Origin: Candidatus Methylomirabilis sp.
GTDB taxonomy: Bacteria; Muiribacteriota; Ozemobacteria; Ozemobacterales; Ozemobacteraceae
Assembly (NCBI GenBank): GCA_020722725.1
Contig: DYKG01000007.1
Coordinates: 1,181-65,180 of the forward strand
Direction: 5' to 3'
Length of the DNA: 64,000 bases
Shown piece by piece: positions 1 to 10,720 of this stretch; within the stretch, counting starts at the first letter, position 1, and each line of letters begins with the position of its first letter. The notes below the pieces were generated by a model that saw only the letters and a program-made list of their open reading frames with translations, had not been told where the DNA came from and ran no database searches. Both the position numbers and the translations under genes were made by a program.

Positions 1-1302
1 ATACGGATCTACTGCCAGACCGCTTACCGTGGTGTTGATCGCCACGTATTCGTTGAAAGTCGATACAGGGCCGGTTGTCGGGTCGAAGGTTTCGGCAATG
101 TACCCACCGGTAAGCTTTTTGAGCTCGATCATGATCTTGCTGCCGAAGTTTACCAGTTTGTTTACGCTGGCTCTGGTCGGGTAAGTATCAGAAGAGGGCT
201 TTTGGCTTTCGTAAAGCCATGCCCATTTGATCGCGGTATTTAGATGCTCAGCGACCATCAGGCTGGTGTTGGCAGCCCCGGTCCAGCGCAAAACGAAGGG
301 GCATTCATATGTCTCGTTGATGCCCCTCTTATTATAGGTGACCGCGAAACCGCCCAGAATGACATCGCCGTCGCTCAACTCAAGGAAATGGGTGATTCTG
401 CCGCGAACGCCAAGGGCTGCCACTCTGGCCCCGGTTTCCGGGTTGATTTTTACCAGTGCTGAGGCATCCTGGATGGTTGGACGTTCAAAATAAACATAAG
501 CACTGTTGCCGATGCCCTGTTTTAAAACCGATTTGGGCTCAAGAGCCGATTCCCAGCCCTGGGCAGCGAAATCATCGGGGATAAGAATCGATTTGCTGAT
601 TGTCCATGCCTGGGTGCCGCTTCTGGAGCCAAAAAAAGACTGTGTGCCGGAATCAATGGTTATGGAAGTCAGGCCGGCCGGGCTGAGGGTATTCACTACC
701 AGGCTTAAAATCTTCTCGAATTCAAGGGGCTGGCTGAAATCTCCTGCCTTGATTGCAGTTTTAACTTTACCGATAAAATCAGCGGCGGCTGCCTTGACCA
801 GTGCCGGGCTGGCAATGAGCCTTCTGGCCATTTCCACTGCCAGATCTTCTGAATCGCCCATTCCGACGGGAACTACAGTAAGGCTGTTGCTGCCGGCAAC
901 AAGATCGGCGGCTCCGTGAAAGTCTCTGGCACCGTTAATGTTGCCATTGGTAATGGTCACTTCGCCGATGCAGGGTTTAGCAGGCACCGATTCCATGCTG
1001 ATAACTGCCTTGTCGCCTTCAGCCTTGACTGTCTTTTTGATGGTCCAGGTCGTTTGGGTTTCACTGCCGGCATTGATCAGAGTTAGCGTTACGGTGACTT
1101 CTGGAGTGCCACCCGCAGCTCTTATGGAAGCTGGCTGACCCTCTGGGGTTTTAAGAACGATGTTTACATTGGCATTTCCGGTGGGCAAACCGTTTACCGG
1201 TGTTGTTTCAGTGCTGTCGTCGTTGAAAGGGTTGCAGCCGTTGACGAAAAAAAGGGCGACAACGGCAAAAAGAACAAAAAAGTAGCCGAGTTTATTCATC
1301 CT
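1..1302 (-). CDS. Lipoprotein, 5'-partial in this window (runs off the window start). Shares its N-terminal module with the two divergent lipoproteins downstream.
   Basis: The reverse-strand translation from ATG at 1302 gives MNKLGYFFVLFAVVALFFVNGC (signal peptide + lipobox) and stays open to position 1. The plus-strand ORFs in the track (244..462, 506..919, 938..1138) are low-complexity antisense artefacts. Confidence 0.6.
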
Positions 1303-1570
1303 TAGATCTCCCGCAATTTTCTTATGATTATACAAGATTTGCTATGCATTTTCCAGAAAATTTTGACTATTCTTTATCGCTTCGATTGCCTGATCAGTCT
1401 CAGCAACCCTAAATAGGCGGTCATTCCTTCGCCACATGCCAGGCTTCGGCACCAATGGCAAGGCGCCCTGATTTATGGAACGTAAGAATGTCCTTGAATT
1501 GCTGATTGATATGCTTGCCAGTCCAATTGGGCCGAAGTATTTTAGTATTATCAGTCACAGGAGTATTCAT

Positions 1571-3685
1571 ATGACAAAAAGTTGGTTAAGGATTTCTGCG
1601 GTTTTTGTTTTGCTCTTTATCAGCCTGATTACGGGCTGTTTCAATTCAAACGATGGCTCAATGTGGGTTGCCCCGGCGCAAGTTCCGGTTGAGCAGTTGC
1701 CAACAGCGAATGTTACTTTTGTTATCGAAGGGAAAGCATTGCCGCAAAGCTCTTTGCACGCTGCGGCGACTCCTGCCGTAACCTTTCAGCTTGAGCTTCT
1801 CAACCCGACCAGCACTACCAATCCGGTGTTTAAGCTTATAAAAACTGCTACTGTTTCAGCTGATGGCAGCAACTTTTCTGCTCAGGTCGAATTCCTTAAT
1901 GTGCCGGCCCTGGCTTGCATGGCTAAAATGAGTATCAGCGGTGGAACTATCACCAGCACCACTGACAGTCAGAAATACGCGAATTGGGTAGGAACTCAGG
2001 ATCTGGTGGCAGGAACCGCCAATGTAATTACCCTTTACGGTGAAGGCAGTAAGACCCGGGCCGATGTTGCTTACAATCTTCTGCAGCAGCTGATTGCCGA
2101 CCCGAAAAACGTAGCTTATTTTCCAACTCCAACTCTGACCAAGGTTTATGAAGTGGTTGATTCGCTTAATCTGAGCTCAACCTCGATTTATACCAATGCC
2201 AAATCCGCATGGGATCAGAAATACGCGACTCCGGTGCCACCCGCTGATGCTGAATTCACCTTGCCGACCGGCTATTCATCGGTGGCTTACCCGAAAAAAG
2301 ATGCGACGACCAATCTTTCGATTGCTAATTTCGGCTCAACGTCTGAAGTTTATCTGGTGTTCGCCAATCGAACATCTTCGGTGCTTTCACCTTCCTGGTC
2401 AACAAGTCGAGCTACCGCCAACCTCAAGGCAAGTGTCGTAGCCAATAACGATCCGGTGCCGTCAGATGACCCGATTAGCGAGGAACTGAGATTTCATCTG
2501 ATGCTGCGTCAGCTTAAGAACAAGCTTCCGCCAGCGGTTGAGGGTGTTTCTGTTCTCAGGCCCAGCATTAGAGCGGTCAGTCTGAATGAAGTTCTGCCTT
2601 TTAAGGCTTATTTTACCGGTATGGTGCTTTCCACCTTCAACGCAACCTGTAAAAAAGTAGTTGATATAAGTGGAACTACCAAAAAGGTGTATTTCTTTCT
2701 TGATAACAATGACCTGGGCCAGACGGGGGTTTCTACGATCATCGATGGGTTGGCTGCCAACTGGGCAAGCATTTATGCAACCGACCGCAACATCTTCGGC
2801 GCTGAACCGGAAGGGACTCTTAACGGCATCAACGTTCAGGATTTTTACATCGTGCTGTCTTCAAGGATTTTTACGGCGGGTTATTTCTATTCAGGCGACA
2901 TGTACCCGTCAACGACACCAGAAGTCGCTTACTCTAATGAGAAAAAACTTTTCAATCTTCAGTTTCCAACCGATTCAACCGACCTGACCCGTTCGATTAC
3001 CGATCTGTCGAGCACTATGGCACACGAATTTCAGCACATGATTCACTTCTATCAGAAGCGTGCTCTCAACGACCCTTCTTACTGGCTTGATGAAGCAATG
3101 TCCGGCTATGCCGAACAGGTTAACGGTTACAAAATCGAGAACGGCATGAACCAGTCGAAGGCTTTGCAGGTACAGAAATACCTGTCTTACGTCAATCGCA
3201 TAAGCATTAACGAATGGCATGCGGAAAACGACGCCCTGGATGTGGTTTACAGCCATTATGGCAAGGCATATCTTTTCGGAACCTGGCTGGCGCAGAATTA
3301 TGGCAGCTCAGGTTCGGTTCAAAGCCTGCTTTCAGTGCAGTTGCTTGAAGAGTCTGCAGTTGCTGCGTTTACCGGTGAACCCTTTGACAAAACTGTCGCC
3401 AAATTCATGATGGCGTTGCTGGTGAATGACAGTGCCGGCGGGATATACGGAATCAAGGGGCTTGACCTTACCAATACCTACAGTTTTGGCACAGGCTGGT
3501 CAGACGTAACCCTTTCAGGCCCCACCATGACCACGGTGAACTTTCTTGGTTCGACTTCGGGCAGTTCAAGTATCTATCCCTATTCTCCGGCGTTTGTGAA
3601 GATAATCAGCGGCACCGGAACCACTCTTAACGTTACTGCCACGCTTCCAACCGGTGTTTCGCTGTTTCAGCTTAAAAAGAACTGA
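1571..3685 (+). CDS. Secreted lipoprotein with an HExxH zinc-metallopeptidase motif.
   Basis: An ATG at 1571 gives MTKSWLRISAVFVLLFISLITGC (lipobox). The motif TMAHEFQHMIHF...LDEAMSGY (HExxH plus a downstream Glu) is consistent with the zincin fold. The N-terminal module is shared with the neighbouring lipoproteins. Confidence 0.6.
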   Translation: MTKSWLRISAVFVLLFISLITGCFNSNDGSMWVAPAQVPVEQLPTANVTFVIEGKALPQSSLHAAATPAVTFQLELLNPTSTTNPVFKLIKTATVSADGSNFSAQVEFLNVPALACMAKMSISGGTITSTTDSQKYANWVGTQDLVAGTANVITLYGEGSKTRADVAYNLLQQLIADPKNVAYFPTPTLTKVYEVVDSLNLSSTSIYTNAKSAWDQKYATPVPPADAEFTLPTGYSSVAYPKKDATTNLSIANFGSTSEVYLVFANRTSSVLSPSWSTSRATANLKASVVANNDPVPSDDPISEELRFHLMLRQLKNKLPPAVEGVSVLRPSIRAVSLNEVLPFKAYFTGMVLSTFNATCKKVVDISGTTKKVYFFLDNNDLGQTGVSTIIDGLAANWASIYATDRNIFGAEPEGTLNGINVQDFYIVLSSRIFTAGYFYSGDMYPSTTPEVAYSNEKKLFNLQFPTDSTDLTRSITDLSSTMAHEFQHMIHFYQKRALNDPSYWLDEAMSGYAEQVNGYKIENGMNQSKALQVQKYLSYVNRISINEWHAENDALDVVYSHYGKAYLFGTWLAQNYGSSGSVQSLLSVQLLEESAVAAFTGEPFDKTVAKFMMALLVNDSAGGIYGIKGLDLTNTYSFGTGWSDVTLSGPTMTTVNFLGSTSGSSSIYPYSPAFVKIISGTGTTLNVTATLPTGVSLFQLKKN

Positions 3686-3858
3686 AATGATTGTTTAAGC
3701 AGTGAATGGAACAAGTTCTAATGCGTGTTATGACATGATTTTTTGGCGGGCAAACACATGGGTTCGCCCCTACAAATATGGGATTGGCCAAAAACAGAGG
3801 GGTTGGTATGCCTTGGAATGAATTTGTGCAAACTTTTGTTAAGGAATCAGAGAGAAAG

Positions 3859-5532
3859 ATGTGCAGCATAATACGGATTTTGTTTTTCGGTGTTTTTCTG
3901 CCAGCTCTATTCTTTGTGGGCGGTTGTTGCAACAGCGATGAACTTTTGTCTTCAAACCCGGCCGGAGAAACACCGCAAACCTTATCTGGCCCATCGGCTA
4001 AATTGAACATTTCAATTAAACATTCGAATGAATTAACCGCTGCTTTGCGTGGCGCAAATACCGCCCAGGCAATTTTTGAACTTAAGCTGGTGAATTACGG
4101 CAACTTTGCGGCACCATTCACCCTTTTGCGGAAACGGGCCGATATTTCAGCCAACCAGGCAACTGTCACCTTCGATTCGGTACCGGTGGTTTCAACTATT
4201 GTAAGCATGCAGCTCGAAGGTGCGAGCCTCGACGGCAAAAGAGAATTTCACGCAGGAATCGACCTGATGCCGGGCGTGAACAACCTTGCCCTGGTGGCAT
4301 CAGGCTCGGCAGTTGAAGAAGATGTAATTGCCATGGCTGCTTTTGCTTCGGTTAACGATTATTCGACCATGTTGAATCTTCCCGCCCCTTTGTTTTTCAG
4401 CCTGAAAGAAAGCTGGCAGGGTCTTGCTGCCGCTGATCAGAACAGTTCAGCAAAGCTTTTCGCCGCCATGCAGAGTAAAATTTCGGGGTTTTCGATCACT
4501 GCGCTGGCGGCCGGTGAAAGTCACAGTCTGGCTTTACGCAGCGATGGTACATTTGCTGCTTTCGGAAGCAACACTGATGGGCAACTGGGTAAATCCGGCG
4601 GCATTACTCAGCTTGAGCGCCGATTTGTGCCGTTTCATCAGCCGGTATCACAGCTGGCCGCGGGAGCAGATTTCACCCTTCTGCTGGGCCGCAATAAAAA
4701 AGTTTATGCCTGCGGCAATAATGAATTTGGGCAGCTTGGCAATTCAACTCTTTCGCTTTCAGCTTATCCAATTGAGGTTATTGGACTTGAAAATATTTCT
4801 GCCGTATCGGCAGGTTTTGGCAATGCCATGGTTATCGACAGCGCCGCCAATCTGCTGGTCTGGGGGCGTAACCATCGCGGCCAGTTAGGGCTTGCAATTG
4901 ACACTCTCAGTCAGGTAACTCCAAAATTGCTGGCAGCCGGGGTTAAGCAGGCAGTTGCCGGGTCTGGTTTCATATTGATACTTAAAACCGATGGCAGCGT
5001 ATATGCGGTTGGCGATAACCAGTTTGCTCAGCTTGCTGCAGACATTGGCGATTATTCAATAACTCCGGTGCAGATCGGTGCCTTGAGCAATATCATTCAG
5101 ATCGCCGCCGGCGAATCTCATTGCCTGGCACTCAACTCATCGGGAAACGTCTTCGCCTGGGGCAGCAATCTTAACGGCCAGTGCGGACTTGGAGCGACTC
5201 TTGCAATAGAAACTCCAACCATTCTCGGTGGTTTAAATGGAATTACTGAAATCAGAGCCGGTAAAAATTTCAGTCTGTTTAAAAACGCCGCCGGCACCCT
5301 GTGGGGAACGGGCAGCTCAGATTTGGCGCAGCTTGCAGGTAACTCTTCAACCAGCACGCCTTCGCAGATTACTTCCCCGACCGGGGTTGGTCTGCTGGCA
5401 ACCGGCGGTGCCCATGGTCTTGCATTCACCAATGCTTTGCTGGCCTGGGGAAGCAACGAAGCCGGCCAGTGCGGCAACGGGCAGACCTCTGACAGTCTGA
5501 CAACCCCCGCTGAACGAGCTATCGGCTGGTGA
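3859..5532 (+). CDS. RCC1-repeat (beta-propeller) lipoprotein.
   Basis: An internal ATG at 3859 gives MCSIIRILFFGVFLPALFFVGGCC (lipobox). There are at least six RCC1-like repeats (GESHSLALRSDGTFAAFGSNTDGQLG; NKKVYACGNNEFGQLGN; WGRNHRGQLG; GESHCLALNSSGNVFAWGSNLNGQCGLG; WGSNEAGQCGNGQ). Confidence 0.7.
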   Translation: MCSIIRILFFGVFLPALFFVGGCCNSDELLSSNPAGETPQTLSGPSAKLNISIKHSNELTAALRGANTAQAIFELKLVNYGNFAAPFTLLRKRADISANQATVTFDSVPVVSTIVSMQLEGASLDGKREFHAGIDLMPGVNNLALVASGSAVEEDVIAMAAFASVNDYSTMLNLPAPLFFSLKESWQGLAAADQNSSAKLFAAMQSKISGFSITALAAGESHSLALRSDGTFAAFGSNTDGQLGKSGGITQLERRFVPFHQPVSQLAAGADFTLLLGRNKKVYACGNNEFGQLGNSTLSLSAYPIEVIGLENISAVSAGFGNAMVIDSAANLLVWGRNHRGQLGLAIDTLSQVTPKLLAAGVKQAVAGSGFILILKTDGSVYAVGDNQFAQLAADIGDYSITPVQIGALSNIIQIAAGESHCLALNSSGNVFAWGSNLNGQCGLGATLAIETPTILGGLNGITEIRAGKNFSLFKNAAGTLWGTGSSDLAQLAGNSSTSTPSQITSPTGVGLLATGGAHGLAFTNALLAWGSNEAGQCGNGQTSDSLTTPAERAIGW

Positions 5533-5562
5533 TCGTGCCAGCCACAATCAAGTGTGATTGGC

Positions 5563-6204
5563 TCAAAAGGCCGGTTTTTTGGCGAGCAGCCAGATTGCCT
5601 TTTTGTCCCTAATCAGCGAAACTTCGCTAAAACCGAGATTGAGAAGCATTTCGGCCATCTTGACCGGATCAGGAGATGGGGGTTCTTCACCCTGATCACT
5701 GCCAGTCTCTCTTACTTTTTTTCGTGCCTGTTTTACCTGCTCGCGAATTTCTTCGGGCAGATCGGGGCCGTAACCGCGGCCCGAGAATGCGAAGCCGCCC
5801 GGAGCGAGAACCCTGAAAATTTCGGCCCAGCCCTTTTCGATATTCTGCCACATGTGCATTGAGCTGCGGCTAATAACCGCATCTACCGATTTGTCTGGCA
5901 GCGGAATCGCCTCTGCCGACCCGTTCAGGGCAGTGAAACGACCGGCGCCAAATCGCCCCTGGAGGCGCTGCCGGGCATAATTAACCATTTTTTCTGACAC
6001 ATCGACCAGATAACCGACGGGGGCGCCCATGTCGAGCATTGATTCGATCCAGAGGCCCGAACCACCGCCCAGATCAACCACCCGCAGATTGTCGATGTCT
6101 TTGTCTATGCGCTTCAGCAACGAATTGCAGAGAAACGGATAAATCGGTTTGAAAACTTCTTCGCTCATTCTAATGTAGTGATCGATATTATCGTATTCGG
6201 CCAT
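5563..6204 (-). CDS. Class I SAM-dependent methyltransferase (Methyltransf_11-like).
   Basis: The SAM-binding motif VVDLGGGSGLW is followed by an acidic residue, and LAPGGFAF is present. The ATG at 6204..6202 overlaps the upstream permease stop as TGATG. Confidence 0.7.
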   Translation of the reverse strand: MAEYDNIDHYIRMSEEVFKPIYPFLCNSLLKRIDKDIDNLRVVDLGGGSGLWIESMLDMGAPVGYLVDVSEKMVNYARQRLQGRFGAGRFTALNGSAEAIPLPDKSVDAVISRSSMHMWQNIEKGWAEIFRVLAPGGFAFSGRGYGPDLPEEIREQVKQARKKVRETGSDQGEEPPSPDPVKMAEMLLNLGFSEVSLIRDKKAIWLLAKKPAF

Positions 6205-7568
6205 CAAATTTTACCCATGCTTCCGAACAGCATGCCCATGGCAGCTGAAAAAATAACCACCAGAAACAGAAACGCAAAGGTTCGCTTTTTACCCATAATC
6301 GGAGTCAAAGCCATGACGCTGGGAAGGCTGATCGACGGCCCCGCAAGCAGCAGAGCCAGTGCCGGGCCGGCGTGCATACCCCAGCGCATGAACAGATCGA
6401 CCACGTTAACCCCGACGATTGAGCCGAAATACAGCATTGCACCAATGAATGAAGAGATCAGGTTGCTGGTGAGCGAGTTGTCGGCAACCATGTCAAGGCG
6501 ACTGACGATTGAAGAGGTGCCGCCAAGAAATCCGGAAAAGAAAACACCGAGAATTACCATGGGCAGAATCTCGCCACCCTGTCTCCAGGTGCGTTTGAGC
6601 CATTTTCTCGTTTCATCCCAGCTGAACCAGCTGCGCAATATGATGATTACCGCCAGAATTTCAAGCGCGACAAACAGCATTTTCCCGGAAAATTCTGCGG
6701 TTTTTACCGACATTTCGGAGCCACGGGCGGCAAACCATTCTGCCGGAATCACTTTCGAAGTTAACCCCTGAAAAAGGTCGGTAGAGGTGAGCATGACCAG
6801 CACCAGAACCAGAAAAAACAGGCCTTCCTGCCAGGGTTTTCGTTTCGATTTCTTGATCTCGGGCTCTTCATGCTCGAATTCATCGGCAATATTGGCAAAC
6901 AGCTTTTGCATGATCAAACCAATGAAAATTGCGCTGAATGCCACCGCGAAAATTCTTGCCCACAGCATGCCAGGAAGAATTTTCCAGGTATAAATAATCG
7001 AAATCAGGTTGATTGCAGGCGAAGCATAGAGAAATGTGATCGCTGGTCCGATTCCCGCGCCACTTTGCAGCAGGCTCATGAAAATCGGCAGAACGCCACA
7101 TGAACAGACGGTCAGAATTGCTCCGGCAAAAGCGGCAATCGGGTAGCTTACCAGCGGGTTTGCTTTTTTGCCAATGGTAAGAATGATGGTTTCTTTAGAG
7201 AAAAAAGTCGAAATGGCAGAAGCCAGAAAAAAAGCCGGAACCATCGCTGAAACCAGATGAGTGGCGAGAAATTCGATCAAAGAAGTTGCACCGGCATGTG
7301 ACGAAAGTACCAGCCAGTTGGCCACATTCATGGCCATTTCAATGCTGTCTTTGCGCAGCACCGGTCTCCCGTTTTCACTGGTCAGGATCAGAAAAATGGC
7401 AAAGCACACAAAAAAGGCGACCCAGATGACTTTTATAACGAACTTTTCAAAGTCTGATTTCTCTGGTCTGAGATTGAAATCGTCTTTTGACTTTTTCCCC
7501 TTGACGTTTACCTCGCAGCCCATGTCGGCACAAACAGGAATATCAACGTTTTTATTTTTTTCACTCAT
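6204..7568 (-). CDS. Polytopic permease of the COG0701/DUF318 (ArsP-like) family.
   Basis: About 10 TM helices and a conserved CSCGVLP motif typical of DUF318 permeases. An N-terminal CxxxxC pair is present. It is translationally coupled to the downstream methyltransferase. Confidence 0.55.
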   Translation of the reverse strand: MSEKNKNVDIPVCADMGCEVNVKGKKSKDDFNLRPEKSDFEKFVIKVIWVAFFVCFAIFLILTSENGRPVLRKDSIEMAMNVANWLVLSSHAGATSLIEFLATHLVSAMVPAFFLASAISTFFSKETIILTIGKKANPLVSYPIAAFAGAILTVCSCGVLPIFMSLLQSGAGIGPAITFLYASPAINLISIIYTWKILPGMLWARIFAVAFSAIFIGLIMQKLFANIADEFEHEEPEIKKSKRKPWQEGLFFLVLVLVMLTSTDLFQGLTSKVIPAEWFAARGSEMSVKTAEFSGKMLFVALEILAVIIILRSWFSWDETRKWLKRTWRQGGEILPMVILGVFFSGFLGGTSSIVSRLDMVADNSLTSNLISSFIGAMLYFGSIVGVNVVDLFMRWGMHAGPALALLLAGPSISLPSVMALTPIMGKKRTFAFLFLVVIFSAAMGMLFGSMGKI

Positions 7569-7662
7569 AAAGCGTGATTTTATACTTGATTACCGCCGAA
7601 GGCAAGAAAATCATTCACAAAGTATTACCTGACTGTAAAATCAGCTATGTTATAATAAAACC

Positions 7663-10002
7663 ATGAAAAAGCTGATTCTGTTTTTTTGTCTGTTTATAAT
7701 TTTTTCTGTGGCGCTGACCCCGCAGGTTTCAGGTCAGCAGGATACCCCTTCTGCTGAAGAAGCATTCAATAAGCCAGGTCTGTACACGGCCAAACAATTG
7801 TTTGAGTTTTCGAAAGCGGCTTTGAAAGCTCAAAATATTGATGCCGCCAGACTTTTTGCTCTGCGCATATTCTTCGACGGGGTGAGAAACAAAAACCTTC
7901 TAAACCTTCTTGGTATAATTGAAGTTCAGGCAGGCCAGCCTCTTCTCGCATCGGTCTGGTTCAGAAAATCCCTGTCTCTCGGCTTTAATAACAAGCTGGC
8001 TCAGCGTTATCTTGCACGCCTTCCGTCAAAACCAAGACCGATTCCCGTCGATTCAACCAGGCTTTCAGATCATTTTACCGAAATTACCCAGAAACTTCCC
8101 GAATTGACGAAAAAGCTCACGACCGCAAAGCTTCATTACAATTCAATCATGAAAGCACTTGAGCGCGGCCAGATTTACCTGGCGCTGGCATTGGCCGAAG
8201 AATATGAAAAAAACAATCCCGGCCCCGACGGCGCTTCGTTAACCGCTCTGTGTGCCTTTCATCTTGGCCGAAACAGAGATGCTCTGCAGCTGGTCGAAAC
8301 AAATCTGCCAAAAGCGCCCCATCAGCCGTTATTGCTGTTTGTTAAGGCAATGCTCACCGATAAACATGCCGGAACAACATCTCCCTCATTTTTCCGGGCT
8401 CTTTACGATCTCGACAAATGGGCAAAAGCTCTTTCACAGGTTGACGAATTCGAAAAAGCATTTCCCGCTTCTCCCGATGCCAGCATGGTTAAGGCCAGAA
8501 TAATGCTCGACATGCATCAGGCCAAAGATGCTTACACCGCTTTGCAGGCAGCATCAGTGAAAGATCCGGGAAACCCCGAAATCGACCTGCTCTGGGTCGA
8601 ATATTTTCTGCAGATCAATCAGCCGGACGAAGCTGGCCTACGGCTCAGCCGGGCGTTCAGACGCGGCTACAATCTCGTTTCAGTCAGCCTTACCGCCGGT
8701 CTGTTTGCCATTCAGAACGGCCGCATGAATGAAGTTAGCGTAATTCTCAACGACGCAAAAAACAGTCGCCCCTTTACTGACCCTGAGGCATACCCGCTTT
8801 ACATTTCGCTGCTGCTGATGACCGATTCAGTGATCGATGCCCGTGCCGCCCTCGACGAGTGGCGCTCGCGATCTACTCCGAGAAGCATGTTCAGCTATCT
8901 TGAAGCCCTTTATCATTTCAAAACCGGGGAAAATAAAAACGCGCTGGCCTGGTTGCGCAAGGGTTTTGATATGAACCCCAACCGACTCGGCATTCTTCAG
9001 TTCATCGCCGGATTCCCGGCGATGGGTGATGACCCTGCTCTTGCAGCGATGATCAATAACCGCCTGGCTCAGGCCAAAGTTGCTGGTTTCGAAGCGAAAG
9101 CAGTGCCTGAAACCAGCGTTTCTTATGAAGACCCCGCAGCAGCAACCCAGACGGCAAACCCCGTTCCTGCACCTGCAAATACAGCTCAGCCCGCTGCTGC
9201 CGGAAATCAGAGCTGCGATGGCATGTTCCAGATTACTCTCGGGCCCGGTATTGATTCTTCTGCCAGAACCATGCTGGGGTCAGAATTGGTCAAAATGTAT
9301 GAACGTATCGCCAGCCGTATTGGCGGCATTAGCGTGCCGATTTTCATCAATTTTGTTTCTGCCGAAGGCCTGGGGGCCACGATTGCCCTCTACGAGCCTG
9401 CTAATACCAGCGTTACCGTCACTTCGATTTATTATGATTCAGAAATGATCAGAAGTATCATCATGTCGAACTTCGACGCATTCGGCGACGAGGAAATGGG
9501 TGTTCTGATCGAGGAACTGCCCGGCCACACACTGGCAAAAGAGCTGACCCAGCTGCTGATTCAGATTATTGTTCCCGGGGCCAGGACCAACCCCGAAAAA
9601 ACAGCCTGGCTTCAGACCGGCCTGGCTGAAATACTCGCTGGCAGCAAAATCACTCAACGTTATCGATTGCTGATTGCCCGGAAAAGTATCGATAACAAAA
9701 TTGCCAGGCTGACTTCGACCAATATGCTCAATAGCATTTTTGCCGAAGGCTATTCATCGCCTTCGGTGCTTGAAACCGCCAATGCCCAGGCTTATCTGAT
9801 GGCCGCATATCTCGCCAGGAAATCGGGAAACCTGGAAAAAGGCTGTAAAGACCTGATGGAAATGATCAGAATGATCAGCGAAGGCTCTGATCTTGCCGCA
9901 GCTCTAAAGAAAGTTTACAAGCTTTCTGAAGCCGATTTTGACAAAAACTGGAAAGAAGCTGCCTATTGGGCAATCAAGCACGGCGCTCCCTACGAATGGT
10001 GA
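7663..10002 (+). CDS. Secreted TPR-repeat protein.
   Basis: Signal peptide MKKLILFFCLFIIFSVALTPQVSG, followed by multiple TPR-like helical repeats. Confidence 0.65.
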   Translation: MKKLILFFCLFIIFSVALTPQVSGQQDTPSAEEAFNKPGLYTAKQLFEFSKAALKAQNIDAARLFALRIFFDGVRNKNLLNLLGIIEVQAGQPLLASVWFRKSLSLGFNNKLAQRYLARLPSKPRPIPVDSTRLSDHFTEITQKLPELTKKLTTAKLHYNSIMKALERGQIYLALALAEEYEKNNPGPDGASLTALCAFHLGRNRDALQLVETNLPKAPHQPLLLFVKAMLTDKHAGTTSPSFFRALYDLDKWAKALSQVDEFEKAFPASPDASMVKARIMLDMHQAKDAYTALQAASVKDPGNPEIDLLWVEYFLQINQPDEAGLRLSRAFRRGYNLVSVSLTAGLFAIQNGRMNEVSVILNDAKNSRPFTDPEAYPLYISLLLMTDSVIDARAALDEWRSRSTPRSMFSYLEALYHFKTGENKNALAWLRKGFDMNPNRLGILQFIAGFPAMGDDPALAAMINNRLAQAKVAGFEAKAVPETSVSYEDPAAATQTANPVPAPANTAQPAAAGNQSCDGMFQITLGPGIDSSARTMLGSELVKMYERIASRIGGISVPIFINFVSAEGLGATIALYEPANTSVTVTSIYYDSEMIRSIIMSNFDAFGDEEMGVLIEELPGHTLAKELTQLLIQIIVPGARTNPEKTAWLQTGLAEILAGSKITQRYRLLIARKSIDNKIARLTSTNMLNSIFAEGYSSPSVLETANAQAYLMAAYLARKSGNLEKGCKDLMEMIRMISEGSDLAAALKKVYKLSEADFDKNWKEAAYWAIKHGAPYEW

Positions 10003-10005
10003 TTT

Positions 10006-10650
10006 TCAGCATTTTTTGAACGCTTCAAGGTCGGGCGCAAGCAGAACCGGGTTGAGCCTTTTCTCATCGCCGAGCTGGCGCAGCTTTTCAGAGCCGTAAT
10101 TATGCCCGGAACAGACAATCAGATGATCTGGCAGTTGTTTGATTTTCTGCAGGCTGCCAAACAATGCGGCAAAATCACCGCCGGGCAGGTCAGAGCGCCC
10201 GCAATCGCCAACAAATAAAGTGTCGCCGGTTATGAGCCAGCGGTCAGCCACGATCAGGCAAAGCGACCCCGGCGCGTGGCCCGGCGTGTGAATCACTTTG
10301 ACCTCGTTTTCCCCGACCATGAAATGGTCGCCGTCATCGATCAGTTTGTCGTGTGCCGCGCCACCACGTAACAGTCCGACCGTTTCGCGATGACAGAAAA
10401 TTTCGGCTCCGGTTCTGGCTTTAACCGCGTTTGCCGCGTTTACATGATCGTAATGATGATGAGTCAATACTATGCGGGTCAGGTTGATCGATTCTTTTTT
10501 GATCACTTGGCAGAGCTTTTCATGATCGAAAGCAGGATCGATCAGCATACCTTCTTTAGAATTTTCGTCGGCGAAAAGATATGAAAAGTTTTCCATACTG
10601 CCGATGCCAATCTGTGCAAAAAACATTGATTCTTTTTCTCCTGCGGACAT
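10006..10650 (-). CDS. MBL-fold metallo-hydrolase (glyoxalase II-like).
   Basis: The THHHYDH metal-binding motif, with the second histidine cluster HTPGHAPG and a downstream Asp. Confidence 0.75.
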   Translation of the reverse strand: MSAGEKESMFFAQIGIGSMENFSYLFADENSKEGMLIDPAFDHEKLCQVIKKESINLTRIVLTHHHYDHVNAANAVKARTGAEIFCHRETVGLLRGGAAHDKLIDDGDHFMVGENEVKVIHTPGHAPGSLCLIVADRWLITGDTLFVGDCGRSDLPGGDFAALFGSLQKIKQLPDHLIVCSGHNYGSEKLRQLGDEKRLNPVLLAPDLEAFKKC

Positions 10651-10720
10651 ATTATTGAACAGCGGGCTTTTAAGCTTGCCTTTAATTACTGTTTAAAATG
10701 ATAACAGAAAAACCATACAA

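Noticed and set aside
5541-5562. A short hairpin (CAATCA-AGTG-TGATTG) between the convergent RCC1 and methyltransferase genes.
   Set aside because: Only a 6-bp stem. The adjacent T-run is the coding sequence of the methyltransferase C-terminus (KKPAF), so it is not a convincing terminator.
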